From Lytechinus pictus (taxonomy: Eukaryota), in NCBI RefSeq assembly GCF_037042905.1, contig NC_087250.1, positions 13,022,001 through 13,086,000 of the forward strand: 64,000 nucleotides of DNA, read 5' to 3'. Positions 45,500 through 59,382 of this stretch are shown here, piece after piece (positions within the stretch are counted from its first letter, which is position 1; each line of letters starts with the position of its first letter). The position numbers and the translations under genes are program-made. The notes beneath the pieces were generated by a model. The model made no database searches, was not told the origin of the DNA, and saw only the letters and a list, made by a program, of their open reading frames with translations.

Positions 45500-48400
45500 T
45501 CCGGATACAGGTCTGCACGCAAATGAGTTAGACTTACAAATATTTATCGATGATGAGTCTTACGAATCTCCATATAGTGGGCAACTTTCTAATTCGTAAG
45601 GCGGCTAGCGGTATTGGCGAATCATCCAAAGAAATGCTGTCCCGAACAACGAATCTCAAAAATTTCTTTCCGTTGAGTTCCTTCGACTGATCGCGGGCAG
45701 GATGAAGATTTGACGTAGGAAATTGTGTGGAGCAAGTCACCATGCATGGTACGCCTTTATTCGCTGTCAAAGTCCTATAATGGGTGCCCTGGAAGGAAAA
45801 TAATGGGGAAAAACAATAAAAACTACCTTCATGGCTCGCTATAAAAAGCCTCACAAAATATCGCCAACAAAATTTTAGGAATACACGTACTCCTTATGCG
45901 TAGTGTCATAGCACCTTCCCCCGGAGGCTATATGAAAACGCACTCGTCAGATATGCGCCATCTGCATCAACGTACGCAAGGCAATACTGCTGACCCCTAA
46001 GACCCCCTAACTAAATTGCCATGATGTACTACCCTATCAAGTGAACATAAAATTGGGTATAAAATAAATCTACCTGTTTTAAATTTTTTTTTCTATATAT
46101 TAAAAAAAAAAACATCATTGTGGACCTAACCCCTTTTGCATGTAAACTGAAATGAATCCAATCTCTTTTGATTAAAATAGAGATTTTTCTTTGCCGCTTT
46201 CAATCACGTTTTCATTTGAATTTCAAATTGTCTTTGGTATCATCAGAGTGACTAAAGATTTAGAGGTTTAGAGACGGAAAACAGTAAAATTTATGAAAAA
46301 TTGACCTAACCCCTTTTGACAAATGAGTTCTTCAGAAGAATTTGGTTGCAAAAGGAGTTAGGTCCACTCCAATAAAATAATTTTTTTAATTCTCCCATAT
46401 TGCAATATTCTTAATATGCGAAACTTAATTTTCATGATACCCTACCATGAGAACATAAAGTTGGGTATAAGAGAAATCTACCTCTCTAAACTGAAATGGA
46501 CCTAACCCCTTTTGAAAAAAAAATTGATTTTTCTTTGCCATTTTAGTTCACTTTTTAATAGGAATTTCAACTTTTCTTTGGTATCATCTTATAGAGCTAA
46601 TAACAATCTATACATTGAGACATAAAAATCAAATTTAATGAATAATGGACCTAACCCATTTTGCAAGTGAGCTCTTCATGTGTCAAAAGTCTGTTTTAAA
46701 CCGATTCACGTGATATTTAGCTAACACATCGGTCTTGGGGTGATACTGGGTAAGACATATTTTTCACTGTGTTGGAAACTGTTGCCATGGTAGCGGCGAT
46801 CATCGGGGGTAATACTCACCTTCAGTGAAAGTTCTAGTTGTTTTGTTTTTTATTGCTTGAATTGCACAATAGTTCATTTTTTAACCTATTTGACCTTAAG
46901 GACCAACTTGATTGAATCACAAAATATTAAAAGAAATGTAATTCCACGTGTTTGGGGAGGAAGAAAACTCTCTTTTACATGACAATAAGGAGTGCAAAAT
47001 ACAAAATAAATAGTAAGTGGATGATGTCATCCTGCTCCCACTTCCATACCCACCTGGGGAGTGTTTCATCAACATTTATGTCCGACAAGTTGTCAGAACT
47101 GACAACTTTCCCCGATTCTGATTGGCTGAGAGGTACTGTTGCTATGGTAACTGTCGGATAAAACAGGACTTGTCGGATGAAATCCTTTCATGAAACGCTC
47201 CCCTGGATGTGAATATAACTGTTTGTAAACATTGAGCGAAAATTAGAAATTCCATAAATGTCTTATTTTCATCCAACTTTGATGAAATTTCTATGTTATG
47301 CTTGTTTTATTTTTTTTTCGCTTTTTATTTCAATCAACTTTTGTTAGGGTGGACTTGTCCTTTAACTCTGCTTGTCTTGTTCGACTACAGCAGACCCGAG
47401 TTCGACTCAAGTCACATTCTATTCACAAGACACACAGAGTGCATTAAATCTATTGTTCACACACACATACGCAACAGCGATATGAACATCGCATTGTACT
47501 GTGTACACACAAAGCTATTATTTACAATAAATCACTCAACTAGAGAGTAGTCCATGCAAATCCCTTCGTTAGGTTGAACCTTAAAAATGAATGTGGCTTA
47601 TATAGGAGTGATTCTGACTGTGGCGGGCAAAAAATTAAACGATTGAATTCAGATTCGTTTTTTCTTATGCTGCAGCCCCCCCCCCCCCAAAAAAAAAAAA
47701 AGAAGATAATATTCAGTGTGTCCCGTCATGCAACATTGATATTCCAAAGGGCAGCATTTTCATTATTCATTATCATGAATTTGTTTAGTCTGTCATATAT
47801 TGTCTACATATTCCGATCATTGTGTTTGAGGAGGGCGTCTCCGAGTATACATGGTGCATCATAGGGCAGACCCCATTCACTCACGTGTTAAATCATAGCA
47901 GACTGCTCATCAAAAAATAAATCCCACGATAGATTTTGCTTTAATTTACTCAAATTAGTCACAATGAACATTACAACAAAACTAGATATGTTAACCAGGT
48001 ACTTGTCCAGCTCAAAAAAGTTAAATGGCCTGAAATAAGACTAACCATAATTTCGGTCAATTCACTGTAAGAAAATCTGGAACTGCATTTTGGATAATGA
48101 GAATTAAAATGAAATACAAAATTGCAGTCTAGCCTCCCCAAAGGACCTAATTATGAAAGAGTATGAAGATGACATTATTTCTATCATTTATGTTTTGATA
48201 TAAAAACATTTTGTCTTTTGTTATGAATTATTCTAATCAATAAAGTCATGTGATCTTTACTTACGCCTGTCCGGCATGCTTTGAGTGCAGATGAATTACT
48301 CTGTGTGCCCTATAGATACTGCGTCTTTGTCCTCTCAAAACGCACACAATGCAATTAGATGCGACGCGATTTTTTTTTTAATAAATCGCATTTTACATGA

Positions 48401-48599
48401 AATTTGAAAGTTCCATGAAGTAAGAATATTTCATTTTAAGTTCGGCATAATGAGTGAGTGTACAAATTTGTCTGTTGTAGAACGAGTTATTTTCGAAAGA
48501 AACCAATGTTGTGCCATTGATAGCGGACAGATTTACAAATACGTACAGGTGATCCGATTTAATAGACTTAGACATTTGAGAATAAAAAATAAAAAGGAA

Positions 48600-50110
48600 G
48601 ATTGCGGCATGCCAGAATGAGGATTTGGATTACCGGAAATAAAAATAGAATCTATGTTAAGTTTACTTTATTGAGATTTGGAGCCAACGAAAACATGACC
48701 CCACATTTACTGTAGCTTAATTGCAGAGAATTTGATTTCATCCAGGTGTCAATACGCATGCTAGGAGAAATGCAATTTGCCAAAATGCGCTAAGTTTGGG
48801 AGACTTCAATTTGGTCCGTTAGAAAAGAGAAAAAAAATGTATATCGTCAGCATAAATAAGATACTGAACAGGGTGATGATAAAAAATATGGCAAAGACCG
48901 TGTAGATAAATTGAAAATAAGGTCGGTCCGCCTACAGAGCCTTGCGGTACTCCAAAACCTAATGACCGCAAGGAGGATGTAAAACCGTCAAGAACGACGG
49001 ACTGTGACTGGTATGATAGGTGAGATCGAAACCACTCAAGAGCCTGGTCCTGGATACCTAAGCTTGTATGAGCATTTACAAGTATCAACTGTATCTAAGG
49101 CCAAAGACAGATATAAAAGGACCATTACTCTGCCAGCTTAATATTCTGCAATATAAAACTAGAAAGGTTTATGAGTAGTCACAACCAGGGGCGTCGATCC
49201 ATTTTTCAGATTGGGGGGGGGGGCAAAATCATGAATCAACTTTCCAAAGGCACTCGATGACACAAAACAAACAAACAAACTCACACACAAATATGCCTAT
49301 ATATATATATATATGACTCATGAGATAGAGACACATCTCACCAACAAATTAATGCAAGCGCGAAGCGCGAGCTGAAATTTCTTTATATCCTGACCTGAAA
49401 GCTTGATATTCTAAGCATTTTTGGTACTACTGATTAGGATGGGTATCTAAAAAACAATAGATGCGAGCGCGAAGCGCGAGCTAAAAATTTTGATATTTCG
49501 ATCTGAAAAATTGAGTTTAATGGACGTTTTCAATAAAGAACAAGATATATATCCAACAATATATTATTGCAAATCGAAGTGGGAGTTCTTTTGAGGTCTA
49601 GAACTGAAAACGGGACATTCTATTCACCTATTTAATCATGAAAAGTACAGGTTTTTGCTACAGAAATGATGCGAGCGCGAAGCGCGAGCTAAAAAAAAAT
49701 TATATTCCAATCATTTTGAGCACGATTTTTGATAAAGAACGAGTTGTGTATTTCAATCTCGCTTGCTGATTTCTGAGTAACTTAACAATCTTATTTTTTT
49801 TTGCACATGCGGAATTATTGGGGGGGCAAAACGATATGTTTGCCCCCCCCCCAATATTTTAATTGGTGGAGCGATCGCCCCCCTGCCCCCCCCCCCCCCA
49901 TGATCGACGCCTCTGGTCACAACTATGGTGAGGGCCGTCAGCTGACTGGAACCGGTCAGGTAAATGTGTTTTATCCAATATCCGTGCAGTCGAGTAAACA
50001 CGACTCTCTCAAGCATCTTAAACAGAAATGGAAGATTACAGACTGGATGATAGTTATTCAAATATGGACAAAAACTGCAAGCCCTCTTTCATTTCCCGTA
50101 TTAATCAATA
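48600..50110 (-). mobile_element. Decayed L2/CR1 LINE reverse transcriptase
   Basis: NYHPVCNLPFLFKMLERVV, ALEWFRSHL, GVPQGSVGGPTLFSIY, YADD. Confidence 0.85.
49186..49915. mobile_element. hAT-type MITE inserted in the LINE remnant
   Basis: TIR CAG(G/A)GGCGTCGATC; perfect 8-bp TSD GTCACAAC; internal GCGAGCGCGAAGCGCGAGC repeats. Confidence 0.9.
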
Positions 50111-50704
50111 TCAAATTATTACATGTATTTGATAAATAGTTTATATAGAAAAGAATGGTTCAGAAAATTACTAAACTTAGCCTTTGGCCCTTTCATTATG
50201 AAATATTTTTGCCAAATTGGGACAGAAAAGCGTGTACAACTCTCGAACGCACACACTGGTCACGGAATGACCCTGAGTGCGATCAGCTGACCGAATTAAC
50301 AAGTTGGGCATGTTGGGAGTAATACATTCTTACGATATGACTGATCAGACTCTCTGAAGGGACTTTCATTCACTCATAACAAAGAAATGTTCATTACAAT
50401 ACTCATGTTAAATGCTCTGATAAAAATTAGATGAGTTTCACATTCATTCGAACGAGAGGACAAGATTATTATATACATCCAGTGCATTACGCGTACTACC
50501 ATTGCGACCCCTGCCAAGCCATTGGTTCGGGCGCGACTACCCTGAATGACGTCACCGATAGAGACCTCAGTGTCAGAAGAGCCGATTTGACAACTACCTT
50601 TATGTTAAAAATAAAACACGGCACGAATATCACTTCCAATGGGACATGGCTTGCATTTTCGGGAAATAGACATTCTGTTCTATAAATATTTTCTCCGTCG
50701 TTAA

Positions 50705-51303
50705 AGGGGTACTCCGGTCTGAAAATATTTATATCTAATTAATATAGTACAATTTACAAAGCAAAATGCTGAAAACTTCATCAAAATCGGAAAATAAATA
50801 ACGAAGTTATTGAATTTTTAAGTTTAGCAATATTTTGGGAAAATATTTATATGCACATCATCATGATCATTAGATGGGCTGATGATGTCACATCCACACT
50901 TTTCCTTTCTTATGTTATTACATGAAATCATAATTGTTTCATATTTTGTCATAAATGTGTGAGTAATGTATATCCTTTATAATGAAATAAGTTGCAGCAA
51001 TGAATATCCAACGCACTTTATCAGTTCTCAATCCACTTTTTTTCAGTTTTTGGTAGAAAAATTTGAATAAACCTAATTTCATATAATAAAATACAAAAGT
51101 ACAAGTGGGATATGACATCATCAATTTGTTCATTGGATATTCATAAAGACATGCCTAGAACTGTTTCACCGGAATAATGCAAATCATTAAATTTTCATAA
51201 CTTTGTTATTCCTTGTCCGATTTTGACCAAATTTTCAGTGTTTTGTTTGTGTGATTTTTCTTTATATGTTTGAACCTGAATACTTTCAGCCCGGAGCATC
51301 CCT
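50705..51303. mobile_element. Kolobok-like TTAA MITE (related subfamily)
   Basis: TTAA-AGGGGTACTCCGG...CCGGAGCATCCCT-TTAA. Confidence 0.75.
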
Positions 51304-52550
51304 TTAACTGCCCATTCTTCCTCAAAAAAATGAGGAAACGAATACAGCATGTTTCAAAATTTGTGAAAAAGGGGTGTATTTTCAATATAAAATTTTCATT
51401 AGATGGGATGAATCATAACTGGAATCAGTTAAATTTAGTGTCTCCTCTCCTTATTACCGAGCTCCCCGACTTGGTACGATTAATTACCCCCCTCTCCATT
51501 AGCTTTTAAGATAAAAAGGTTCATAATTTTCGAAGAAATGCCATGGACGACCGTGCGTACGAGCAGGAGGAAGCCAAATGTCTCGTATTTTTCATAATGC
51601 GTGAAGAACCCCGCGGTTGTTCCGAAAGCATGCGTTAATTTTACACCCCTCCCTTAACCCAGCCTTTCGAGAAAAGCTCCTCCGGTTTTCTCGAAAAGGT
51701 GCGGCCACCCCCGCTACGCGAACTCGAAAGATCGTCACCAGTCGAGGAACAAAATCCTCTTCCAGGCTGTGATGTTTTTTTTTTTTCAATCTATTTTTCA
51801 GATTTATGATGACCTGGATTGCAAAAAAGGCAGAAATTCCTTAGTAAAATGAAACTTACCAGAATTCAAACTGTTGACACGACATTACCTCCTGCGACCA
51901 TTGTTCCGGTCTTAATTTCTCAGAAGGCATAGAATTATAGTTAGGAGAGTAATATAATTTTTGATTCAGAATAATGTAAAGATTAGGATTAGGGTTTATT
52001 TAGTTTTGGAGGTTAGATTTTATGTTTCGCTTAATGTTCAGATTTTCCATCGGAGTAATTGTCGCCGAAGGAAATATCATGGAACTTCCAAGCTTAGGCT
52101 GGGAACAGATTTTTGAAACAGAATTTGTATAGTACACTATAGGACTACAAAATGTACCTTTCCCCTGATTTATGCAGAGAAACCACTGGATACATACTAA
52201 AAGCAACATGGTGTTTTATAATATTAAGCCTGTGAGATATTAAGCCTGTATAGAATAAACTATACAAAAGAAGGACCTGGGAAGCGAGGGTGCTGGGGGT
52301 ACACCCCCAAAACTTTCCTTGGGGGGGGGGGTGCTGCGTGTGTTATTTAAAAAAAGGCAGCACCCCCTGGAAATCTGGTAGTTATGACGAATGACAGAAA
52401 TATAATGAAAAAAATGAACGACGTTTTGTAGAAACCTTCTCCCCCACTTCAGAATTTTCCTACACAGTACTTGAAATAGTGTTCGAATTCACCACTTTTC
52501 AGATCTGAATATATGCTCGCGCTTTTTTTATATATACATATATATATATA

Positions 52551-52590
<40 letters not shown>

Positions 52591-52631
52591 TCTTTTGTTT
52601 CTACATTATGACGCCGACGCTGAACTCTTTG

Positions 52632-52673
<42 letters not shown>

Positions 52674-52733
52674 TAATAATGATAATAATAATCATGTTGT
52701 TCAGTGTTTACCATGAACACTTTTTTTTTCTTT

Positions 52734-53171
52734 TGGGCAGTTATGTTTCTTACAATGCATATTCATTTTTATTGTTACCATTATTTATATATGTTTAATC
52801 ATTTCCTACGTTGTATAATTCAGCTAGGTTGAAATGAAATAAACCAAGCTTGAACATGAACTTGAACGAAATGTTTGAATAAATGAAACGTAACCACATT
52901 CAATGTCATAGACGATTGACTATACCAACTTTATCTATTTAAAAATATGGGCAGTTATGTTTCTTACCGCAATGCACATTTATAAATTTTTATTGTTACC
53001 ATTTTATATATATGTCTAATCATTTCCTACATTGTATAATTCAGCTAGGTTGAAATGAAATTAACCAAGCTTGAACATGAACTTGAACGAAATGTTTGAA
53101 TAAATGAAACGTAACCACATTCAATGTCATAGACGATTGACTATACCAACTTTATCTATTTAAAAATATGG
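52734..53171. repeat. Recent tandem duplication, 2 x ~220 bp
   Basis: Near-identical units beginning TGGGCAGTTATGTTTCTTAC. Confidence 0.85.
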
Positions 53172-53329
53172 TAGAGATATATACTACCAGCAACCTCTTA
53201 GGTGAATCAAAACAAGCGTAGCTAATGATATGCGCATATTCTTCTTTTTTAGCACTATATTGAAAATAGTGTTAGTGGTAGTAAAATTAATAGCAGTAAA
53301 ATTAGTAGTCATAATGATAGTAGTAAAAG

Positions 53330-53602
53330 CGTGGAGCGTTGTGGCCCAGTGGATTAGTCTTCGGACTTTGAAACAGAGGGTCGTGGGTTCGAATCCCAGC
53401 CATGGCGTAATTTCCTTCAGCAAGAAACTGATCCACAATGTGCTGCACTCAACCCAGGTGAGGTAAATGGGTACCGGTAGGAAGTAATTCCTTAAAAAGC
53501 TGTGTGCGCTATGAACGCCTAGCTTAGCCGGGTAATATAGGAGCGCCTTGAGCACCTAATTACAAGGTGGATATGTGCGCAATATAAATACCCTATATTA
53601 TT
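53330..53602 (+). mobile_element. tRNA-derived SINE with CORE-like central segment
   Basis: A box TGGCCCAGTGG, B box GGTTCGAATCC, CACTCAACCCAGGTGAGGTAAATGGGTACC; relatives at 54768-54990 and 22260-22537. Confidence 0.85.
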
Positions 53603-54333
53603 AAAAGTAGTAAAAGCAGTTGCAGTAATACTACTACTACTAATCATAATAATATTAACATGAATGATGATAATAATAATAGTGATAATAATAATGACAA
53701 TAACAATAATAAAATGATATGATGTAGTAATACTTATAATAGCAATGATGATTACGAGAAAACTACTGAAACGCAAAGTTTATCTAGCACTTGATATGAT
53801 TCTTTAAGCGATACATACTATTATGCCGTCTTTAGCACGGCTACCCTGATCAGTCGCCCGAGCATTCCAGGAATTCCTACAGGTCTTAATTACTACACCG
53901 AGGTGGGGAGTGGTAAATGCAGATAAACGTCTTGTTACAGGACGCGAGTTCTATAGTGGGAGTCGAAAATAAAGTCCTGATTTTTTTTTTGATGGGAAGA
54001 CAAGAAAATATAACATAAAATAAAATTACCAAGCATATCATTGGGGAGGACTAGGGTCGCAAGGAACCAACAACTTTCCTGAAATTTCGAGAAATTTCTA
54101 TAAAAAGTTTCCGGGAATTTTCAACTACCGGAAATTTCGGAAATTTTCAGGATTTTTTTTCCTCATTTTTTTTACACGAACTGAACATTTGTGTTTTTAA
54201 ATACAAAATCAACACTGACATTCTTTTATACTATACGTTCTACAAATATACAGTAGTTATTTTTTCTTTGAATCGCTCAGGGTACAGCAGTGCAGTGCAT
54301 GACTTATCAATTAGTTATACAAAATGCAGTGTT

Positions 54334-54578
54334 CACTGCAAAAACTCCGGTGTTGATTTAACACCAGCCCGGAATCTCTATTCTGTCCACACCAGAGAAG
54401 TATTGAAACAACACCAGTTTGGAATCAAACCGATGCTGTTTTAATACTGATTGGTGTTGTATAAAAACCTTTCTGGTGTTAGACCAAAACGAAACTGGTG
54501 CTGTTTATTAACACTTGTCTGGTGTGGACATAATAGATTCCGGGCTGGTGTTATATCAACACCGGAGTTTTTGCAGTG
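54334..54578. mobile_element. CACTG-ended palindromic MITE (CACTA-like)
   Basis: Almost whole-length inverted repeat CACTGCAAAAACTCCGGTGTTGAT... Confidence 0.85.
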
Positions 54579-55175
54579 TATACATTAACTATAGCGTGTA
54601 TGTTCAATGTAAGCCCCATCCTTAGAGGGTAGTATACGAAAGGATGCTAATCAAGTGAACATAAAAACGAAATACCATCGTAATGCAATATATCTGGTCA
54701 CATTCACATATAGCTGTATTGTACAAATGATGTCAAACGGGTTAATAGCGCACATGGGAATGCATTGTGAGGGGCGTCGTGGTCTGTTGGTTATGACCCT
54801 CGTCTTTCAATCTGAGGGACGTGGGTTCCTAGCCGTGGCGTGCTTACCTGCAGCAAGAAAGTTACCCTCATTCATGTATCATGTCATTGTGTTGCACTCA
54901 ACCCAGATGAGGTGAATGGGAACCCGGTAGGAAGGAATCCCTTGAACGGTTGATCGCCTATAGGTAGCCGAGCTAAAGCCGGGGTAGTACTAACAGCACA
55001 CAGCAAAAAAAAAGCTTTTGATTTTAGTGGGGGTAATGTTGAAAGATCCCCATCCACAAGAACATTTGTGTCAATCATCCCCCCAACCAAGAATACCGAT
55101 CGACACCCATGGGTGTGGTCCTCTATGTACACAAGTTAGGACATTTGGGAGTGGTTGATATGCATGGTGTTCTTG

Positions 55176-56312
55176 CAGTGGCGTACCGTGAGTCACGGCA
55201 TGGGGGGGGGTGGGGGTACCAGCAAAATTTTTGAGTCACTTAGTGAGCGCGCGAAGCGCGCTCAGTTTCCAGGTATATACTGACCTAATACATGTAATAG
55301 GGACATTTTAAGGACAGTGCCATTAAACGGATATGTATCTTACTGCTCAAATAATGCGAGCGCGAAGCGCGAGCAGAAAATTTTTGATATGCAGACCAAA
55401 AAAGGACATTATAAGCAAATTTTTGTAATCATGATACATACCTGTCTCGCTAAACAAACAATGCGAGCGCGAAGCGCGAGCTGAAATTTTTGTAAATATT
55501 TACCCCAAACAAGGACATGTTAAGGACTATATTTTAGGAATCCATTAAGAGTATACATATCTCACCATAGTCATCTAATGCGAGTGCAAAGCGCTTGCTG
55601 ATTTTGCTACATCTAAACACATGAAGCACTTTTTGTAGTCATTGTAATCATGATAATACGCATCTCACTCATCAAATATTGCGAGTGCGAAGCGCGAGCT
55701 GAAAATTTAGGATATTCAGACCTGAAGAGAGGCATTCTAAGGCCTGTTTGTAAGAATTCACTAAGACCATACGATACGTATTTCACTAAACAAATGATGC
55801 GATCGAAAATTTTTGATATTCAGATCAGAAAAAGGGACATTTTAACCCTTTGCGTGCGGACCCGCGAAACCTGGTTTTTAGGAATTCATGAAGAGCAGTC
55901 ATATGTCACCAATCTACTTGTGCGAACGTAAGCACGGACGGGAAATGTTTTATATTAACACCTTAAAATGGGGCAATCACTTTAAGTAGTCATGAAAAAG
56001 AACCATATGTCACTACATAAAACAATAATAAGTCGAAGTGCGAGGAAATATATTTGGTGTAAACGTTAAACAGACAATGCGAGTACCGGGAACAATGAAG
56101 AAATCTAGGCTTGAGCAAAATAAAGTTATGAAAAAATGTTTCTTATGTATTATAACATAACATTATTATAATATAACATTATAATGAACAATAATTTCTT
56201 CATTCCCAATACGTTTCTCTTCCTTTCTCCTCTTCCCCGTTTTTTTTTTGGCCAGCCGATTGGCGGGCACGTGCCCCCATGCCCTCCCCCCCCCCCCGTA
56301 GTTACGCCACTG
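55176..56312. mobile_element. hAT-type non-autonomous element
   Basis: TIR CAGTGGCGTA; perfect 8-bp TSD TGTTCTTG; periodic GCGAGCGCGAAGCGCGAGC motifs. Confidence 0.9.
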
Positions 56313-59300
56313 TGTTCTTGGAAATTATTTCATTATTGCAGTGTACTGTACTTATATTTTTTTTTTTGAAAATTCAATTTGTGTTACAAGCAAGCCTATT
56401 CTAAACTCATACGAAAGAAAAAATGACAAAAATTGTCTGGACCATGTACAAAGTGATCTGTTTATTGGACATGATGTATACAACTTCTCTCTTAAATATA
56501 ACCCGACTGGCGATATCTTTTTTCTTCTTAATGCATGATGATAAAATGCAGATTCGGACAAATTAAGACTAGCACAAATTACAAACTGTGTGGCTTCTCG
56601 TGCGCCATCGGGCTTACCGTCATTCCTTAGACGATTTTAACCCTGGATTTTTACATGTTTTAAATGCTTTATAAGTGCATAAAACAAAAACAAACATAAA
56701 AACAATCAAAACTCAACTGTCATGTTATGATATTTCTCCAACATTTTCTTGAACCATCAGTGTGTAATATCAGCTAATATATGTGTTAAAATGAAATTTA
56801 CGTACCGCATGAGTGTGCTCATATAGAATGCAAAACTATCATCCCTTTCCAAACTCAAAAGAGATGTCTTTTTGCCAAAATAAGAAAGAGCCAATCAAGT
56901 TTAGTTATTCAAGTCCATAACAATAACAAGAATAACATGAAAAAAAAATCCGATGTTCATATCCGAAGATACGCTTTAGAGAGAAATTAATGATTATTCT
57001 TTCTGAAACCATTAATTGATTTCACTTATTAAAAATTGTAAAAATATGATCATATTACCACTGGTGGGATGGAACACCCTATCAACAAAAGTTGTTTTTC
57101 GTCGGGGTCCTTTTATGTCATGTGTTAAAAAATATCATATACGTAAACATTTCATTCTTTTTCATCTTGAACCTCCACCCATCTGTTTAAAAGTCCTGGA
57201 AAATAATGTTTTTATTTAATAACAATATACACAAAGTGCGAGGGAAACCAGTTGATTGATGGCATACTATAATCATCACTATAATCATCATGATCAAACT
57301 TTTACATTTTTTCATCATCATTATTATAAATTTTCTACCCTAAATTATTGGGGGGGATGATAATACAGGCCATCCCCCCACTTGAAATATTGGGGGGGAT
57401 ATATCCCCCCATCCCCCCCCCCCCGTGATCGACACCCATGACCACACCAGTTATTTTACTCTGGTGTTAAATTGACAGTGTTAGTTTAACACCTAAAACT
57501 TTGGTTGTTACATGTACGCTCATTGGTGTTATGTTGGATCTCTAGGGTGTAATTTTAACACCTCAGGGTGTGGTCCTCAAGATACACCAAAAGGTGTCAG
57601 TTTCAACACCAGAGTTTTTACAGTGCAGGGCCCGCTGAGAGAACAGTTTCGGGACTGAAGTGGCTATCATACCCTTGTTATTATAATCATGATTATTATC
57701 ATTATAACCATTATAACCAAATTAATGTTATAACACAATATTTCACATATATATACCTACAAATGTAACATAATATAAAAGACTATAAAGTAGTTGCGAA
57801 CAAGTTTTCTAATGAGAATTTTTAAATCAGCTTACCTTTTACAGTTAGCGGTGCCTCGCCATGACATATGAGGAATTCAATTCGCGAATAGAGGCAAAAG
57901 CTCAATTGCTGTTACGACTGAGAGCACACATTCAGTGCGCCTTCTGCAAGAGTACGTGGCAAAGCAAACTTGATAAGCACGGACAATAGCAAAAAATAAC
58001 TAGTTTTGAGTTTTATCATGTTTATAGCGAGGGAGAAGAAAACAGAACTTTTCGAAAATTCGACAAGGGCCTCGTTCAGACGTGAGTTACTGTTCGATGG
58101 TAAATATTTGTATAATTATGTATGGATTGAAATTCCAACGATATATTTCTAATCACGACCCAGAAGTAAGCTGTTCAGTGTGAATGGATGAAGGGTTGTA
58201 GGGTCGCATTTTGTAAAATCAAGGCAAATCGTAAAATTCAACGCAAAAAGTAAAAAAAAAAAAAAAAAAAACGCATATCGTAAAAGAAGAAATTAAAGAA
58301 AAAGCCGCATTTTGTAAAAAATTTGTGTCGCAAAACGTAACAAAAATTAATGCATTTTACGTTTTGCAGTGCTTGAAGACTGCCGAAAAAAGTAAAAAAA
58401 AAAAACAGTAGAATTTTAATAAAGACAATGATGTTTTCCACATGCAAAGGCCCTCTGCTGGCAACTACATAAAGAGACTCGAGTTATAGGCAGAGGACAA
58501 ACGAGACGGTACCCACCTCACCCTTCCCCTCAGTCAACAAAAAATGAGCAGAAAAGTGTCTAAAATCCAGAAATTGGGAGATTTGCTGGCCCCCTTGTAA
58601 GTGTGTGTGTGCACGTTTAAAATTCTCGTCCTCTCATTTTCTTACCATTTCATATGCGTGTATTAGTGAGCAATTTTTAAAGAATCATTGGTCCATGGTC
58701 AAATGAATGTCGTGTTTTCCTATTTTGAGTTCAGGTTCTGGCCTAAATTCGCTCGACCCTCTTCGTTAATTTCACATTCACACACCACTCATATTAATCA
58801 AAATGTGTGTCTCACCTGAAAAAAACACTTCGCGCAACTGTACACATTGACATTGCATTGCACACACTAATCCACTATTTTACAACTTAAAGATATTGAA
58901 GATTAAGGATATTAAAACATACCAAATAGCCATATTTTTTTTAATATGTCATCTAACATTATTCCTACTCCATTTTGCAATATCTTTGTATATAACAAAG
59001 ATATCCATACTTAATATCCAACGCGTCATTCAACAGATATCCACTTAACCAACCCCAGAATATTGCTCACTCATAAAACAATACGCCACCATGCATGGTC
59101 CAGATATTTGGAATACCTTGCCACATAATATCAAACAGTCCGCGTCTCTTATCTCTCTTAAAGCATCATTGAAAATGTTTATTACTTCTAAGTATACATA
59201 AATGTACCACCTACACTAATCCACTCGCTCGCACGTATTTACCCTTCTTTTGCCATTATTACTTTATCTTGTCTCTCCCCACCAAGTTTCTAAATTTGGA

Positions 59301-59340
59301 CACTTTCTACTTCGTGACATCATTTCATCAATATGTATAG

Positions 59341-59382
<42 letters not shown>

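Noticed and set aside
45513..45537. 25-nt GTAAGT...CAG micro-intron on the - strand
   Set aside because: Too short for a typical animal spliceosomal intron; treated only as a candidate acceptor.
53330..53402. tRNA gene
   Set aside because: A and B boxes are present, but the acceptor stem is poor and the sequence continues into a SINE body found several times in the window.
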